Made by a program: the position numbers and the translations under genes
Notes under the pieces: generated by a model
Database searches by the model: none
Told to the model about the DNA's origin: nothing
Seen by the model: the letters and a program-made list of their open reading frames with translations, nothing else
From: a virus
Lineage: Duplodnaviria > Caudoviricetes
IMG/VR virus record: IMGVR_UViG_3300047160_005790
Span: 1-64,000 of that record
Length of the DNA: 64,000 nucleotides
Reading direction: 5' to 3' (one strand)
In this document: positions 7,966 through 17,658 of the stretch, in pieces
Layout: the number at the start of each line of letters is the position of its first letter
Numbering within the stretch: the first letter of the stretch is position 1

Positions 7966-8785
7966 GGCCAAAAGGGAAGAGACGCCCCGCCAGGCGGCGC
8001 GTCGCAAGCGCGAGGCGGGCGTCGGCGCAGAGTCGGCTTACACGCGGGCTCGGCAGCACCTGGACGCCGAGGCGAATCGCCGCAACCAGCTGCTCGGGTC
8101 GCGCGGCCACGCGAAGCGGATCTTGAGCCCCGGTACGGACGGCAGGAAGAAGTTGCTAGAAGAGAAGTCTGTGTTTTGCAACGCGAAGAAGAAGGATCGC
8201 AGCGGCGCTAGGTGTAGGATGCCGGCCGGTTGGGGGACGGGACATCTTGGCGTCGGTGCTTGTAAGTGGCACGGCGGGGCTACTCCTACACATCAAAAGT
8301 CGGCCGACTACAGGTCATCTCGAAATCAAGCCATCCTGCTCGGGGCGCCGAAGGAGATCAACCCGCTCGACGCCATCATCTGGGTGATTCAGATTCGGGC
8401 CGGGGAGGTTGATTGGCTGAGCGAGGAGATCGTGAAGCTCGAAGAAGACAAGTGGTACGAGCACACGATCGGCGGTCGGCAGTTCAACTTGCTAGTGCGG
8501 GCGCGCAACGAGGCCATGAAGGAGCTGGTCAACGCTTCGGCGATGGCCATCAAGCTCGGCCTCGCGGAGCGCGCCGTCAAGCTAGCCGAGCAGTACGGTG
8601 AGATGCTCGCCTCGTTGATCAAGGGCATCACTGACGACCTGGAACTGACGGAGGAGCAGAAGGAGAAGCTGCCGTACATCGTGCGGAAACGACTCATTCA
8701 GGTTCAGACCGGCATGTCGCCCGGCGAGCTACCGGCAGGGGTCGAGGAAATTGTAGATGGTAACGTCGAGGAAGTTGCAGCGTGA
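7955..8785 (+). CDS. Terminase small subunit
   Basis: CNAK...C...AGWGT.H.G.G.CKWHGGATP (HGGxSTG-like) motif; helical C-terminus; upstream of TerL. Confidence 0.7.
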   Translation: MPRRAKREETPRQAARRKREAGVGAESAYTRARQHLDAEANRRNQLLGSRGHAKRILSPGTDGRKKLLEEKSVFCNAKKKDRSGARCRMPAGWGTGHLGVGACKWHGGATPTHQKSADYRSSRNQAILLGAPKEINPLDAIIWVIQIRAGEVDWLSEEIVKLEEDKWYEHTIGGRQFNLLVRARNEAMKELVNASAMAIKLGLAERAVKLAEQYGEMLASLIKGITDDLELTEEQKEKLPYIVRKRLIQVQTGMSPGELPAGVEEIVDGNVEEVAA

Positions 8786-9738
8786 CGGTCAAAGCGCCGA
8801 ACTTCGGTCAGCCGCACCCTCTGCCGCACTGGTTCGATCCCTGGCGGGAATGGCGCAACAAACCGAATCGCCAAAAAGGCACCCGGCCGAAGGGCATCCC
8901 CAAGGACCTTTCCTCGAAGCGCTACCAATGGGCGTGGAAGCTGCGCGCTTGGTTGAACTCGCAAGAGGCCCCGCACAAGCAACCAGACCCTCACGATTCG
9001 CCGCACGACTTCTGGTACGAGACGCCGCCGTTTTTCGTTGCTACGATGGTCAACGCGCCGCCGGAAACGTTGCGAGAAGCTCTACAGCCGTACGGCTTTC
9101 GCCTCGTGTTCGGGGAGGGCGTGATTGGCGCGGAGCGTCGCTGGCAGACGAACGGGTTGAGGGACTGGGCGGATGCTGTCGAAGGCTGGGGCGGCATCCC
9201 GGGCGGCTACTCCTGGAATACCTGTGAAGATCCGGCGACCGAGGCGGCGCTGATCAAGGAGTGCGTCGATAACACCGGCGTTCACGCCTGGTACATCGAC
9301 GGCGAGAAAGAGGCCGAGCAAAGCGGTCGCTCGGGTGAGTTGGCCGACCGAGTGCGCGCCCTACTCGGGCCGGACTTCCCGATCGGCTGGACGACCGAGC
9401 CGCAGCTGGCGCTCGATCACGGCGCGATTCGCCGCAACCGCATCGTCTACTCGCAGCAAGCCTATCCGCGCGGGGCGATCGGCTGGGGCAACGGCTACGA
9501 CTTGGCTGGTTGCGTCGGCGTCGCGACGGCGCAGGGCTACCGGCCGCAGGATATCGTGCCGCTCGCGGAAGCCTACACGCCGTACGACAACAGCGGCGTC
9601 GTTATGGCGCGCGTACCGCCGCAGGAATACGGCCAGCAGGCTCGCGCGGCCGGGGTGCGGCAGGTCGGCGTCTACACGCCGGAACAGAGCTTCGATGTCG
9701 GCGGCGCCTGGTGGAAGGAACTTCAGCCGTGGCTGTAA
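8782..9738 (+). CDS. Putative glycoside hydrolase-like (TIM-barrel) protein
   Basis: Alternating beta/alpha pattern with WYIDGE, IGWTT, YSQQAY and VGVY; family unresolved. Confidence 0.4.
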   Translation: MTVKAPNFGQPHPLPHWFDPWREWRNKPNRQKGTRPKGIPKDLSSKRYQWAWKLRAWLNSQEAPHKQPDPHDSPHDFWYETPPFFVATMVNAPPETLREALQPYGFRLVFGEGVIGAERRWQTNGLRDWADAVEGWGGIPGGYSWNTCEDPATEAALIKECVDNTGVHAWYIDGEKEAEQSGRSGELADRVRALLGPDFPIGWTTEPQLALDHGAIRRNRIVYSQQAYPRGAIGWGNGYDLAGCVGVATAQGYRPQDIVPLAEAYTPYDNSGVVMARVPPQEYGQQARAAGVRQVGVYTPEQSFDVGGAWWKELQPWL

Positions 9739-11204
9739 AGACGGTGTTCCCGCCCGAGGCGATCGACGTTGCGCTCGACCGGCTGTTCCCGCAGCCGGAT
9801 AAGTATCTCCACGATCCCGTGGGTTGGGTGGCCGACAAGACGCAGGAGTTCTTGTGGTCGAAGCAAGTCGAGATCATGGAGTCGGTTCGCGACAACCGCT
9901 ACACGGCGGTCAAAGCGTGCCACGGGCCGGGCAAGAGCTTCACGGCCGCGCGCGCCGCTTGTTGGTGGCTCGATTCGCACGACTTCGGCAGCGCTTTCGT
10001 CGTCACGAGCGCGCCTAGCTGGTCGCAGGTCGAGGCGATTCTTTGGCGAGAAATCAAGCGCGCGCACCGCAAGGGCGACCTGCGCGGCAGGATCACTATG
10101 GAATGCCACTGGTACATGGGTACCGGCAAGCGCGATGAGGAACTCATCGCGATGGGGCGTAAGCCCGCTGACTACGACGAGCAGGCCTTCCAGGGCATTC
10201 ACGCCCGCTACGTCTTGATCATCTTGGACGAGGCGTGTGGGATTCCGTACCAGTTGTGGCAAGCGGTGCTTACGCTCATGACCAACCCCTACGCCCGTGT
10301 TCTGGCGATCGGCAACCCGGACGACGCGGGCAGTCACTTCGCGACGATTTGTAAGCCGGGCACTTCCTGGAACGTCATCTCGATTCCTGTCTGGGATACG
10401 CCGAACTTCACCGGCGAGGAAGTGCCGGACGACCTTCGTATGGATCTGCCGTCGCCGGAGTGGGTAGCCGAGCGCGAGAAGGACTGGGGCCGCGGTAGCA
10501 ACTACTGGCGTAGCAAGGTCGATGCAGAATTCCCGGACGTCTCCGACGAGTTCCTGATCTCGCCTGCGATGATCAAGAAGGCGCACGACCTCAGCTTGCC
10601 CGGCTTCGAAACGGGGCGCTACGGCATCGACTTGGCGCGCGAGGGCGCGGCCAAGTCGTCGGTGTATCGGCAGCGCGGCGGACAGGTTCGACATATCGAC
10701 ACCTGGGGGCAGATGGACACGATGCGATCGGCCGGTCGTATCGGCGGCATACTCAGCTCGCACTTTCCTCTGCGCATACCGGCGAACGCCGACGCGATCG
10801 GCGTCGGCGCCGGCATCGTCGATCGCTTGCGCGAGCAAGGTTTCGAGGTCATTCCGTTCGAGGGTAGTGCTCGCGCCCTTCGCTTCAACAAGTTCAGGAA
10901 TCGGCGGGCAGAAGTGTACTGGGGGTTCCGCGAAATGATCGACGGAGGTTTGATCGATCTCGACCCGGAAGACACCGACCTTTCGCGACAGCTTCAGGAC
11001 ATCAAGTTCTGGATCGACTCTAGCCAACGTATCGTGATCGAGTCGAAGGAAGAAATGAAGCGCCGCGGCGTCGCTTCGCCCGACCGAGCGGACGCGGCAG
11101 TCCTTTCGACCGTCAGCATCGGTTTGACCGCTGAGCAGATCGTCGGTGATCTTGGCCCGGCGGAGGAGCCCCTCGCCGAAGACCTCATGGAGCGTGTGAT
11201 GTGA
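9729..11204 (+). CDS. terL: Terminase large subunit
   Basis: Walker A-like KACHGPGKS, Walker B IILDEA, nuclease GIDLAREG...D; GTG start at 9729. Confidence 0.92.
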   Translation: MAVKTVFPPEAIDVALDRLFPQPDKYLHDPVGWVADKTQEFLWSKQVEIMESVRDNRYTAVKACHGPGKSFTAARAACWWLDSHDFGSAFVVTSAPSWSQVEAILWREIKRAHRKGDLRGRITMECHWYMGTGKRDEELIAMGRKPADYDEQAFQGIHARYVLIILDEACGIPYQLWQAVLTLMTNPYARVLAIGNPDDAGSHFATICKPGTSWNVISIPVWDTPNFTGEEVPDDLRMDLPSPEWVAEREKDWGRGSNYWRSKVDAEFPDVSDEFLISPAMIKKAHDLSLPGFETGRYGIDLAREGAAKSSVYRQRGGQVRHIDTWGQMDTMRSAGRIGGILSSHFPLRIPANADAIGVGAGIVDRLREQGFEVIPFEGSARALRFNKFRNRRAEVYWGFREMIDGGLIDLDPEDTDLSRQLQDIKFWIDSSQRIVIESKEEMKRRGVASPDRADAAVLSTVSIGLTAEQIVGDLGPAEEPLAEDLMERVM

Positions 11205-11356
11205 GTACAGCAGAAGACCAGACGATTCCTGATCCTGACATCGTGTCGTTCGACAAGGTGTCGCCGGACTCTCGCGAAGACAGCCCGGATCGTGAGCATC
11301 CGATCGTTCCGGCGAGTCACGCCGATCGCGGTACGGAGGAAGACGATGGCGGTTGA
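11201..11356 (+). CDS. Small acidic protein (51 aa)
   Basis: My translation MSTAEDQTIPDPDIVSFDK...; overlaps both neighbours. Confidence 0.4.
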   Translation: MSTAEDQTIPDPDIVSFDKVSPDSREDSPDREHPIVPASHADRGTEEDDGG

Positions 11357-12137
11357 CGTAGCATTCTGCCGCGAGATACACGAAGGCAATCACGGCGGCG
11401 ACGTGATTGCTCATAAGCGAGCCCTGTCGCGCTGGAATCCGCACGCCTACCCTTGGACGAACTTCAGTGACCTGGCCGGGCCGTACTTCATAAACGCGCT
11501 CATGGAGTACAAGCACGTTCACGGGCTCGGCTCGGCGCCGGTACTCGGTGCGATCGCACATTCGTCTATGGAGAAGGCCGTCGTTCGCGCCGGTCCTCAC
11601 AAGGGCGAGCCGCTGTTCGACAGCGTTGCTGTACAGGCGGCCAAGAACTTCTGCGCACAGTTCGCGAAGTCGCCTGACGCGGCAGTACGCACTCGCATCG
11701 TCGCGGCGGCTTGGTTCTGGTACGGGCGACGTATGTCGATTGCCTACTCTCAGTTCCGCCCGTTCACGGTTTGTTTGCCGCCGATCGTGCCGCCTCGTTG
11801 GGATTGCTCGGCGTTCGCGACGAACTGCCAACTCGCGGGCGGTGCTCCGAATCCGAACGGCGACGTTCCTCGCGGCGAGGGTTACACCGGCACGCTGATC
11901 GACCACGGTACGCAGGTCACTAGCGTCGATGACCTGAAGCCCGGCGACCTCATCTTCTACTACTTCGCTTCGTCGAGCAGCCCTGGGTTCCGCAAGGGCG
12001 ACCCGACGCACGTGGCGGTGTACGTTGGCAAGGTGAACGGCGTCGCCTCGGTCATATCGCACGGGCACTATCCGATGTCACTCTTGCCGTACAACTACGG
12101 GGCAATTAACCAAATGCGCCACTACAAGGTGGCTTAG
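11346..12137 (+). CDS. Endolysin-like NlpC/P60 peptidase with N-terminal peptidoglycan-binding-like domain
   Basis: WDCSAF, LKPGDLIFY and THVAVYVG catalytic motifs; ATG after GGAGG. Confidence 0.8.
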   Translation: MAVDVAFCREIHEGNHGGDVIAHKRALSRWNPHAYPWTNFSDLAGPYFINALMEYKHVHGLGSAPVLGAIAHSSMEKAVVRAGPHKGEPLFDSVAVQAAKNFCAQFAKSPDAAVRTRIVAAAWFWYGRRMSIAYSQFRPFTVCLPPIVPPRWDCSAFATNCQLAGGAPNPNGDVPRGEGYTGTLIDHGTQVTSVDDLKPGDLIFYYFASSSSPGFRKGDPTHVAVYVGKVNGVASVISHGHYPMSLLPYNYGAINQMRHYKVA

Positions 12138-12146
12138 GAGACCTAG

Positions 12147-12962
12147 ATGCCCGACAAGATCGGACCTCATCTACTGGGCAGGCGCCCTTCCCCACTGGAC
12201 CCGCGCGACATTCCGCTTTCGGCGTATCTGCTCGGAACAGGTCTCGACAAGGCAGATCTCAAGGGCGAATCGACCGACCCCTTCCTGGCGGCATACGCCG
12301 CTATGCTCAAGTCGCGTACAGCTCTCGCGACGAAGAACATGTTCACCCAGCTATTCATCAAGGAAGGCTACATCCCGGTCAACCCTCCGCCGCCGCCGCC
12401 GAAAAACGTCGCCGTAGTGTGGAGCGACCCGGAGGCCGTACTCGATCAGGGCAACACACCGCATTGCGTCGGCTTCGGCGGCGCACAATGGGGCAATACG
12501 CTGCCGATCGACGACCACTACACGGCCGACGACGGGCACGCCATCTACTACGAGTGCAAGGTCATCGACGGCGAGCCGAAGCAGGAAGACGGCTCGGACG
12601 TACGTTCGCTGGCGAAGGCGCTTCAGAATCGTGCCTTGCTGACGACTTATGCTTTCGCGGCGTCGATCGCTGAGGCCGCGCAGTTCTTGCTGACGAGCGG
12701 GCCGGTTGTCGTCGGTACCGACTGGATGAACGACATGTTCAACCCCGACAAGGACGGCTTTGTCAAGCCGACGGGCGGCGTCGCGGGCGGACACTGCTAT
12801 TTGTGGCAGGGCTACGACCCGACGTCCAAGGTGCTCAGTTTCTTGAACAGCTGGGGCGACTCCTGGGGCGTCAAGGGCAGCTTCTACATGCATCAAACGG
12901 ACTTCGAGCAGTTGTTCGCGGACCAGGGCGAGGCCATGGCGGCAGTGGAGGTCGCGCACTAG
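12147..12962 (+). CDS. Papain-like (C1A) cysteine protease
   Basis: DQGNTPHCVGF (Gln and Cys), GGHCY (His), FLNSWGDSWGVKG (Asn). Confidence 0.88.
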   Translation: MPDKIGPHLLGRRPSPLDPRDIPLSAYLLGTGLDKADLKGESTDPFLAAYAAMLKSRTALATKNMFTQLFIKEGYIPVNPPPPPPKNVAVVWSDPEAVLDQGNTPHCVGFGGAQWGNTLPIDDHYTADDGHAIYYECKVIDGEPKQEDGSDVRSLAKALQNRALLTTYAFAASIAEAAQFLLTSGPVVVGTDWMNDMFNPDKDGFVKPTGGVAGGHCYLWQGYDPTSKVLSFLNSWGDSWGVKGSFYMHQTDFEQLFADQGEAMAAVEVAH

Positions 12963-14531
12963 ATGGGTATTGCGATAAGCGAACTTGTCGATGCCCCGCG
13001 CGGGGCGCCGACTCAGGAAATCGGGGCCGTACTTCAGGGCGTGTTCAGCCCGGCGGGAATGGCGAAGTTCGTCTATCCGATCATGGACGTGCAGGAGTTC
13101 GTCCCCGAGCTAGTGTGGCCGTCGAGCGTAGCGACGTATCAAAAGATGCGCGCCGATACACAAATGGGTGCTTTGTACCGCGGCTCTGTGCTACCGATTC
13201 GGCGCTACGACTGGAAGATCGACCCGAACCACGCCGACGACAAGATGGTCGCGGCCTTGTCGGCAGATCTTGGCCTACCGATTCAAGGCGAGGAGGAAGC
13301 GGAGCCGCAACGGCGTAGAAAGCGCCGCTTCATCTTCGACGATCACATACGCAAGGCCCTTCTGGCGCTTGTTTACGGGCATATGTTCTTCGAGCAGACG
13401 GGGGACATCGTTAACGACGGAGCGCAGTGGGGAGCCCCTCAGCCGCAGTTCTGGCACCTTCGCAAGCTCTCCGAGCGGATGCCCAACACGATTTTGCAGA
13501 TCAACGTCGCGAGCGACGGCGGCCTCGTGTCTATTCAACAGAACATCTCTGCGAATCCTGGACAGGGCGGCGTGCCTTTGATAGATCTGCCGCAGATTCC
13601 AGTCGATCGCCTCGTTGCGTACGTGTGGGACCTCGAAGGAGCCAACTGGTTCGGCCGCAGCCTCTTCCGCGAGTGCTACAAGAACTGGATGATCAAGGAC
13701 CGCCTCATGCGCATCGACGCCGTTAACCATGCGAGGGGCGGCGGTGTGCCGATCGGTATTGCTCCGCCGGGCGCGACGCAAGCCGAAGTCGAGGCGATTT
13801 CTCAGATGGCGCAGAGCATTCGCGTTGGTGATCAGTCGGGCGGCGCTGTGCCGTACGGCACGAACTGGGAGATCATGCGAGGTAGCCGCGGCACCGCCGT
13901 CGAGTCGATGCGGTATCACGATGAGGCGATGGCGCGCTTCTGGCTCATGATGTTCTTGCAGCTCGGAATGACGCAGACGGGCTCTCGGGCACTCGGCGCG
14001 TCGTTCATCGACTGGTTCCGGGAAGGGCAGGAGACGTTGGCGCAGTGGTTCGTCGATATCTTCTGTGAACACGTGATCGAGGATTGGGTGGACTGGAACT
14101 ACGGCGAGGATGTCGATGTCGTGCCGCTACTCACTTACGATCGTGACCCCGACATTTCTGTGAACGATCTGGCGAAGGCGGTCGATGCTGGCATTATCGT
14201 CGTAGACGACGATCTGGAGGCTGCTCTGCGCGACGAGATAGGGGCGCCGCGCAAAATGAAAGGTGCGCCTTCGCCGCTCGATGTCGCCCGAGCGCCCGCT
14301 GCGCCGCCGCCCACCGGCCCGGCCATTGGCCCCGGCCCGGCGGCCCCGTCTTCGGCAGGAGAGCAACCGCCTGCCGGGGGTCAGACACCGGCGTCGGGTC
14401 CGCCCTCGACAAAAGCGTCTGACGGCCGAACGGGCGGGCGCATCGTTGCAAGGCTCAAGGGGCTCGCTCCCTCCTCCCGGGCGCCTGACGAACGACGCCC
14501 GCCCGACGGCCATGGGATGGCGATCGGATGA
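12963..14531 (+). CDS. Portal protein (DUF935 / Mu gp29-like)
   Basis: Position and size; WFGRSLFRECYKNW, GGVPIG, FLQLG...GSRALG; Pro-rich tail. Confidence 0.85.
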   Translation: MGIAISELVDAPRGAPTQEIGAVLQGVFSPAGMAKFVYPIMDVQEFVPELVWPSSVATYQKMRADTQMGALYRGSVLPIRRYDWKIDPNHADDKMVAALSADLGLPIQGEEEAEPQRRRKRRFIFDDHIRKALLALVYGHMFFEQTGDIVNDGAQWGAPQPQFWHLRKLSERMPNTILQINVASDGGLVSIQQNISANPGQGGVPLIDLPQIPVDRLVAYVWDLEGANWFGRSLFRECYKNWMIKDRLMRIDAVNHARGGGVPIGIAPPGATQAEVEAISQMAQSIRVGDQSGGAVPYGTNWEIMRGSRGTAVESMRYHDEAMARFWLMMFLQLGMTQTGSRALGASFIDWFREGQETLAQWFVDIFCEHVIEDWVDWNYGEDVDVVPLLTYDRDPDISVNDLAKAVDAGIIVVDDDLEAALRDEIGAPRKMKGAPSPLDVARAPAAPPPTGPAIGPGPAAPSSAGEQPPAGGQTPASGPPSTKASDGRTGGRIVARLKGLAPSSRAPDERRPPDGHGMAIG

Positions 14532-14701
14532 GCAATCAAATCATGTCGTTCAACATCGAGCAGTCGGGCATGAAGGTTCCGACTGGGAACAGCACGTTTC
14601 AACCGCAAGGGGCGCCCAACAACCCCTTCCGGTTTCGTCAGGGTCATCAGCCGCCTCGAAAGGGCGATATGCGGTGGCCGATTTTCAGAAAGGGGAAGTG
14701 A
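14528..14701 (+). CDS. Small basic Gly/Pro-rich protein (57 aa)
   Basis: My translation MSNQIMSFNIEQSGMKVP...RWPIFRKGK; ATGA overlap with portal. Confidence 0.45.
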   Translation: MSNQIMSFNIEQSGMKVPTGNSTFQPQGAPNNPFRFRQGHQPPRKGDMRWPIFRKGK

Positions 14702-14829
14702 TGGCCACAGGAAGCGGAGGCAAAAGCACCGGCCCGAAGGGGCCGCCGCTACACAAGGCGCCTCGCCCTCAGCAGACGCCAGCGAAGACGGGCGGCGGCA
14801 AGGGCGTGGCGCAAAGCGTCGTGAAGTAG
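14701..14829 (+). CDS. Small basic Gly/Pro/Lys-rich protein (42 aa)
   Basis: MATGSGGKSTGPKGPP...; TGATG coupling. Confidence 0.5.
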   Translation: MATGSGGKSTGPKGPPLHKAPRPQQTPAKTGGGKGVAQSVVK

Positions 14830-14838
14830 GAGGCTGAT

Positions 14839-15033
14839 GTGGCGAAGGTACTCAACTCCAACTCGAACATCGGCTCGCCGGGCATCAGCCCGGCCGGTCG
14901 GGCGAGCGCGGGCGGCATGCCCGTCGCCGGGCCGTACGCCGAGCCGCGCGAGGAAGCGGGCCGGTACGCGCTGCGCGGCAAGATGCTCTCGATGATCCTC
15001 AACCAGTCGAGGAGCACCGGGCTGAACCCGTAG
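14839..15033 (+). CDS. Small Gly/Pro-rich protein
   Basis: GTG after AGGAGG. Confidence 0.55.
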   Translation: MAKVLNSNSNIGSPGISPAGRASAGGMPVAGPYAEPREEAGRYALRGKMLSMILNQSRSTGLNP

Positions 15034-15035
15034 TC

Positions 15036-15782
15036 ATGCCGTACGTCGTCAAGAAGAGCGGTTCAAGTTGGTGCGTCTACAGGAAAGGCGACGACAAACC
15101 TGTTCCCGGCGGCTGCCACCCGACGAAAGCAGAAGCCCTCGATCACATGAAGGCGCTCTACGTGAACGTTGCGGCGGTCGTCGCTACGACGCAGACGGTC
15201 GAAGTCGATCCGCCGACGATCGAGGCTGCTCTTCAAGCTGCTTCAGACAGCGGGCTAGAGATGTTGTCAGTCAGCGGAACGTCGTTCTGGTGCATCACGA
15301 ACGTGCCGATCTGCGAAACCGGCATCTCCTATCCGCTATCGACTGGCGACCATACGTTCACGCCGGAGGACCTGGCGTTGGCCGTCGAGGCGCAGGGCGA
15401 TCCGGCAGTCGTCGCGCCGCGCATCGGCCTCGGTCACGACGATCCGCGATTCAACGGCGATGGCGAACCGGCGCTCGGTCGCGTCGAGAACATGCGACTT
15501 AGCGCGAACGAACAGACGATCGTGGGCGACTACATGGGCGTGCCCGAATGGCTCGCGAAGATCATGTCTGTTGCCTATCCGAACCGCTCGATCGAAGGCA
15601 GTACGAACGTCACGACGGTGACAGGTAACAAGTATCCTCTCATCATCACTGCCGTGAAGCAACTCGGTGTTATGTGGCCCGGAGTAAGCACGCTGGAGGA
15701 CATTCCTGTGCTCTTGAGTGCGAAGGGGCCAGAGGACGTCAAGATGCAGGTGGCCGCATCTGACGGGAAAGGAGGGCAATGA
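15036..15782 (+). CDS. Capsid maturation protease-like protein (Mu gpI-like)
   Basis: IGLGHD...ALGRV...Y.NRSIE pattern; lies between portal and scaffold. Confidence 0.65.
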   Translation: MPYVVKKSGSSWCVYRKGDDKPVPGGCHPTKAEALDHMKALYVNVAAVVATTQTVEVDPPTIEAALQAASDSGLEMLSVSGTSFWCITNVPICETGISYPLSTGDHTFTPEDLALAVEAQGDPAVVAPRIGLGHDDPRFNGDGEPALGRVENMRLSANEQTIVGDYMGVPEWLAKIMSVAYPNRSIEGSTNVTTVTGNKYPLIITAVKQLGVMWPGVSTLEDIPVLLSAKGPEDVKMQVAASDGKGGQ

Positions 15783-17209
15783 AAACAACGGCCATCACGC
15801 ATCCCGTCACGCTTCGGGCAACTGCTCTCGCGGCGGAGATGAACGTCGAGGACATTCGGCGGGCGTACTACGACCAACTGGACGCTGCGAACGATCCGGC
15901 CACTCAGTGGTGGTGGATTCGCGTTCAGCAGGCCATCAGCGGCAAGGGGCAGTTGATTGTCGATGACGGGGAGGGCGGCTTGTACCGCGTCGAGTACGAT
16001 ATCAAGGGCGACAACGTCAACTTCGCAGACCCGATCCCCGTCAAGATCCGCTACGAGGACCAGCCAGTCGATCAGAATGTTGCCGCGAGCTACGTTGCGG
16101 CAGGGATCGCGATGACCGATCCCAACCCGACGATCGTGTACAGGACTCGTGAGGAGTCTCGTGACGAAGTCGAGGATCCCGAGGCGAGCATCGCCGCGGC
16201 TTCCGTCAGCAACGGGCCTTGGGACGGCAGTGCCAGTCGGTTCACGGACGAGCAGTACGCTTCGTCTTGCGTACTCGATCGCGCCGATTGCGCGGCCGAC
16301 TGGAAGAACCGTCCGCCCAAGGAACGCTACTCCCTTCCTATCAGGGAGCCCGGTGGCGCCCTCAACAGCAACGGCGTCGCAGCAGCAGCAGGTCGGCTCA
16401 AGGGCACTAAGGCGTGTCCGGCAGCCAAGAAGGCCGCCGCCAAGAGGATTGTGGCGGCGTACGGCACCATCAAGCAAGATCCGCCGGACTACGTCAAGAA
16501 CCTGGCGGCGTCAACCGACACACAGGGAGGAAGCATGGACGAGGAGCAGCGCGTTGCACTCGCCGCCAAGCTCGGCCTGCCCGAGGAGGCCACGGAAGAG
16601 GAAGTCCTCGCCCGTTTGGCCGATCCGCAAATGGCATTCGTCGCAGCCTCGACTACCGAAGGAGAGGAAGGCGACGCTGACGGCGACGACGGCGACGACA
16701 ACGACGACGACAGCGAAGGTGAAGGCGAAGGCGCTACGCAGGGCGCGGGCGGACAGCAGCAGGCAAGCCCCGTCAACGCTGGCACCACCAACGGCACACC
16801 CTCGGTCGCCGAGGACGGTACCGTGCGCGTGGACAAGGCGACCTGGGAAGCGCTTCAGGCCAACGCTCAGCTCGCGCGACGGCACGAGGACGATCGCGTC
16901 GCCGCGGCCGACAACGCCCTGATCGACAACGCCATCGGCGACGGCAAGTTTCCGCCGTCGCGGCGCGGGCACTACCAGAAGCTCCTCGCGGCCGATCGCG
17001 AGGGAACGACCAAGCTCATCAACGACCTGGCGTCCGGCATCATCCCGGTCAGCGAGCGGGGGACGTCAGCCGGGGGCGAGGAAGTCCAGGCCGGAGCAAA
17101 CGGGGCGCCGGGCGAAGGCCTGCCGGGTGACTGGTTCCCAGAAGTCCCGGCAATCCAGGCGCGCGCGGCTCGGCAGCGCGGGCGCGTCACAACCGCGAAG
17201 GAGGGTTAG
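15779..17209 (+). CDS. Capsid scaffolding protein
   Basis: Acidic low-complexity linker; AKLGLPEEATEEEVLA; IDNAIGDGKFPP C-terminus. Confidence 0.65.
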   Translation: MKTTAITHPVTLRATALAAEMNVEDIRRAYYDQLDAANDPATQWWWIRVQQAISGKGQLIVDDGEGGLYRVEYDIKGDNVNFADPIPVKIRYEDQPVDQNVAASYVAAGIAMTDPNPTIVYRTREESRDEVEDPEASIAAASVSNGPWDGSASRFTDEQYASSCVLDRADCAADWKNRPPKERYSLPIREPGGALNSNGVAAAAGRLKGTKACPAAKKAAAKRIVAAYGTIKQDPPDYVKNLAASTDTQGGSMDEEQRVALAAKLGLPEEATEEEVLARLADPQMAFVAASTTEGEEGDADGDDGDDNDDDSEGEGEGATQGAGGQQQASPVNAGTTNGTPSVAEDGTVRVDKATWEALQANAQLARRHEDDRVAAADNALIDNAIGDGKFPPSRRGHYQKLLAADREGTTKLINDLASGIIPVSERGTSAGGEEVQAGANGAPGEGLPGDWFPEVPAIQARAARQRGRVTTAKEG

Positions 17210-17212
17210 GGG

Positions 17213-17641
17213 ATGGCCAACGACTGCATCCCGTACTTCGAGCCGGGACAGTGGCCGAGCGGGAAGTGCTCCGCTGCGGTCACCGGCAAGCGGTTCCTAC
17301 AGATCACCGGCAACCGCTACGGCGGGCCGGGGCTCGCGGATCCGCCAACCGACCAGTCGAACCTGTACTCGGTCGGCATGCCGGGTGCTTCCGGCGCACA
17401 GGGCGCCGGCAAGCGCGTCATCGGTGTCGCGGCCTGGGATGCCGCATCCGGTGACGTAGTGGACATCATCCGGGCGGGTATCGTTCCGGTCAACAGCGGC
17501 GCTGCGATTCCTGCTGGCTCCGAGGTCATGACGGACGCGAATGGCAACGCCGTCGTCTGGACATCGACCAACATCGTCGTCGGGGTCTGCATGAACGCGA
17601 CCACTGGTGCCAACCAGGACGCCGAGATCGCGCTGATCTGA
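17213..17641 (+). CDS. Head decoration/cement protein (DUF2190-like)
   Basis: IGVAAWDAASGDVV...IVPV..GAAI.AG.EV..DANG motif; directly before the capsid gene. Confidence 0.7.
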   Translation: MANDCIPYFEPGQWPSGKCSAAVTGKRFLQITGNRYGGPGLADPPTDQSNLYSVGMPGASGAQGAGKRVIGVAAWDAASGDVVDIIRAGIVPVNSGAAIPAGSEVMTDANGNAVVWTSTNIVVGVCMNATTGANQDAEIALI

Positions 17642-17658
17642 GGAAAGGAGGGAACCGC

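Noticed and set aside
9723-12068. 781-aa antisense ORF (also 32773..34314 and many other long shadow ORFs)
   Set aside because: It lies opposite clearly recognisable genes (TerL, lysin, hub) and has Arg/Ala-rich, motif-free translation. This is the usual high-GC codon-bias artefact.
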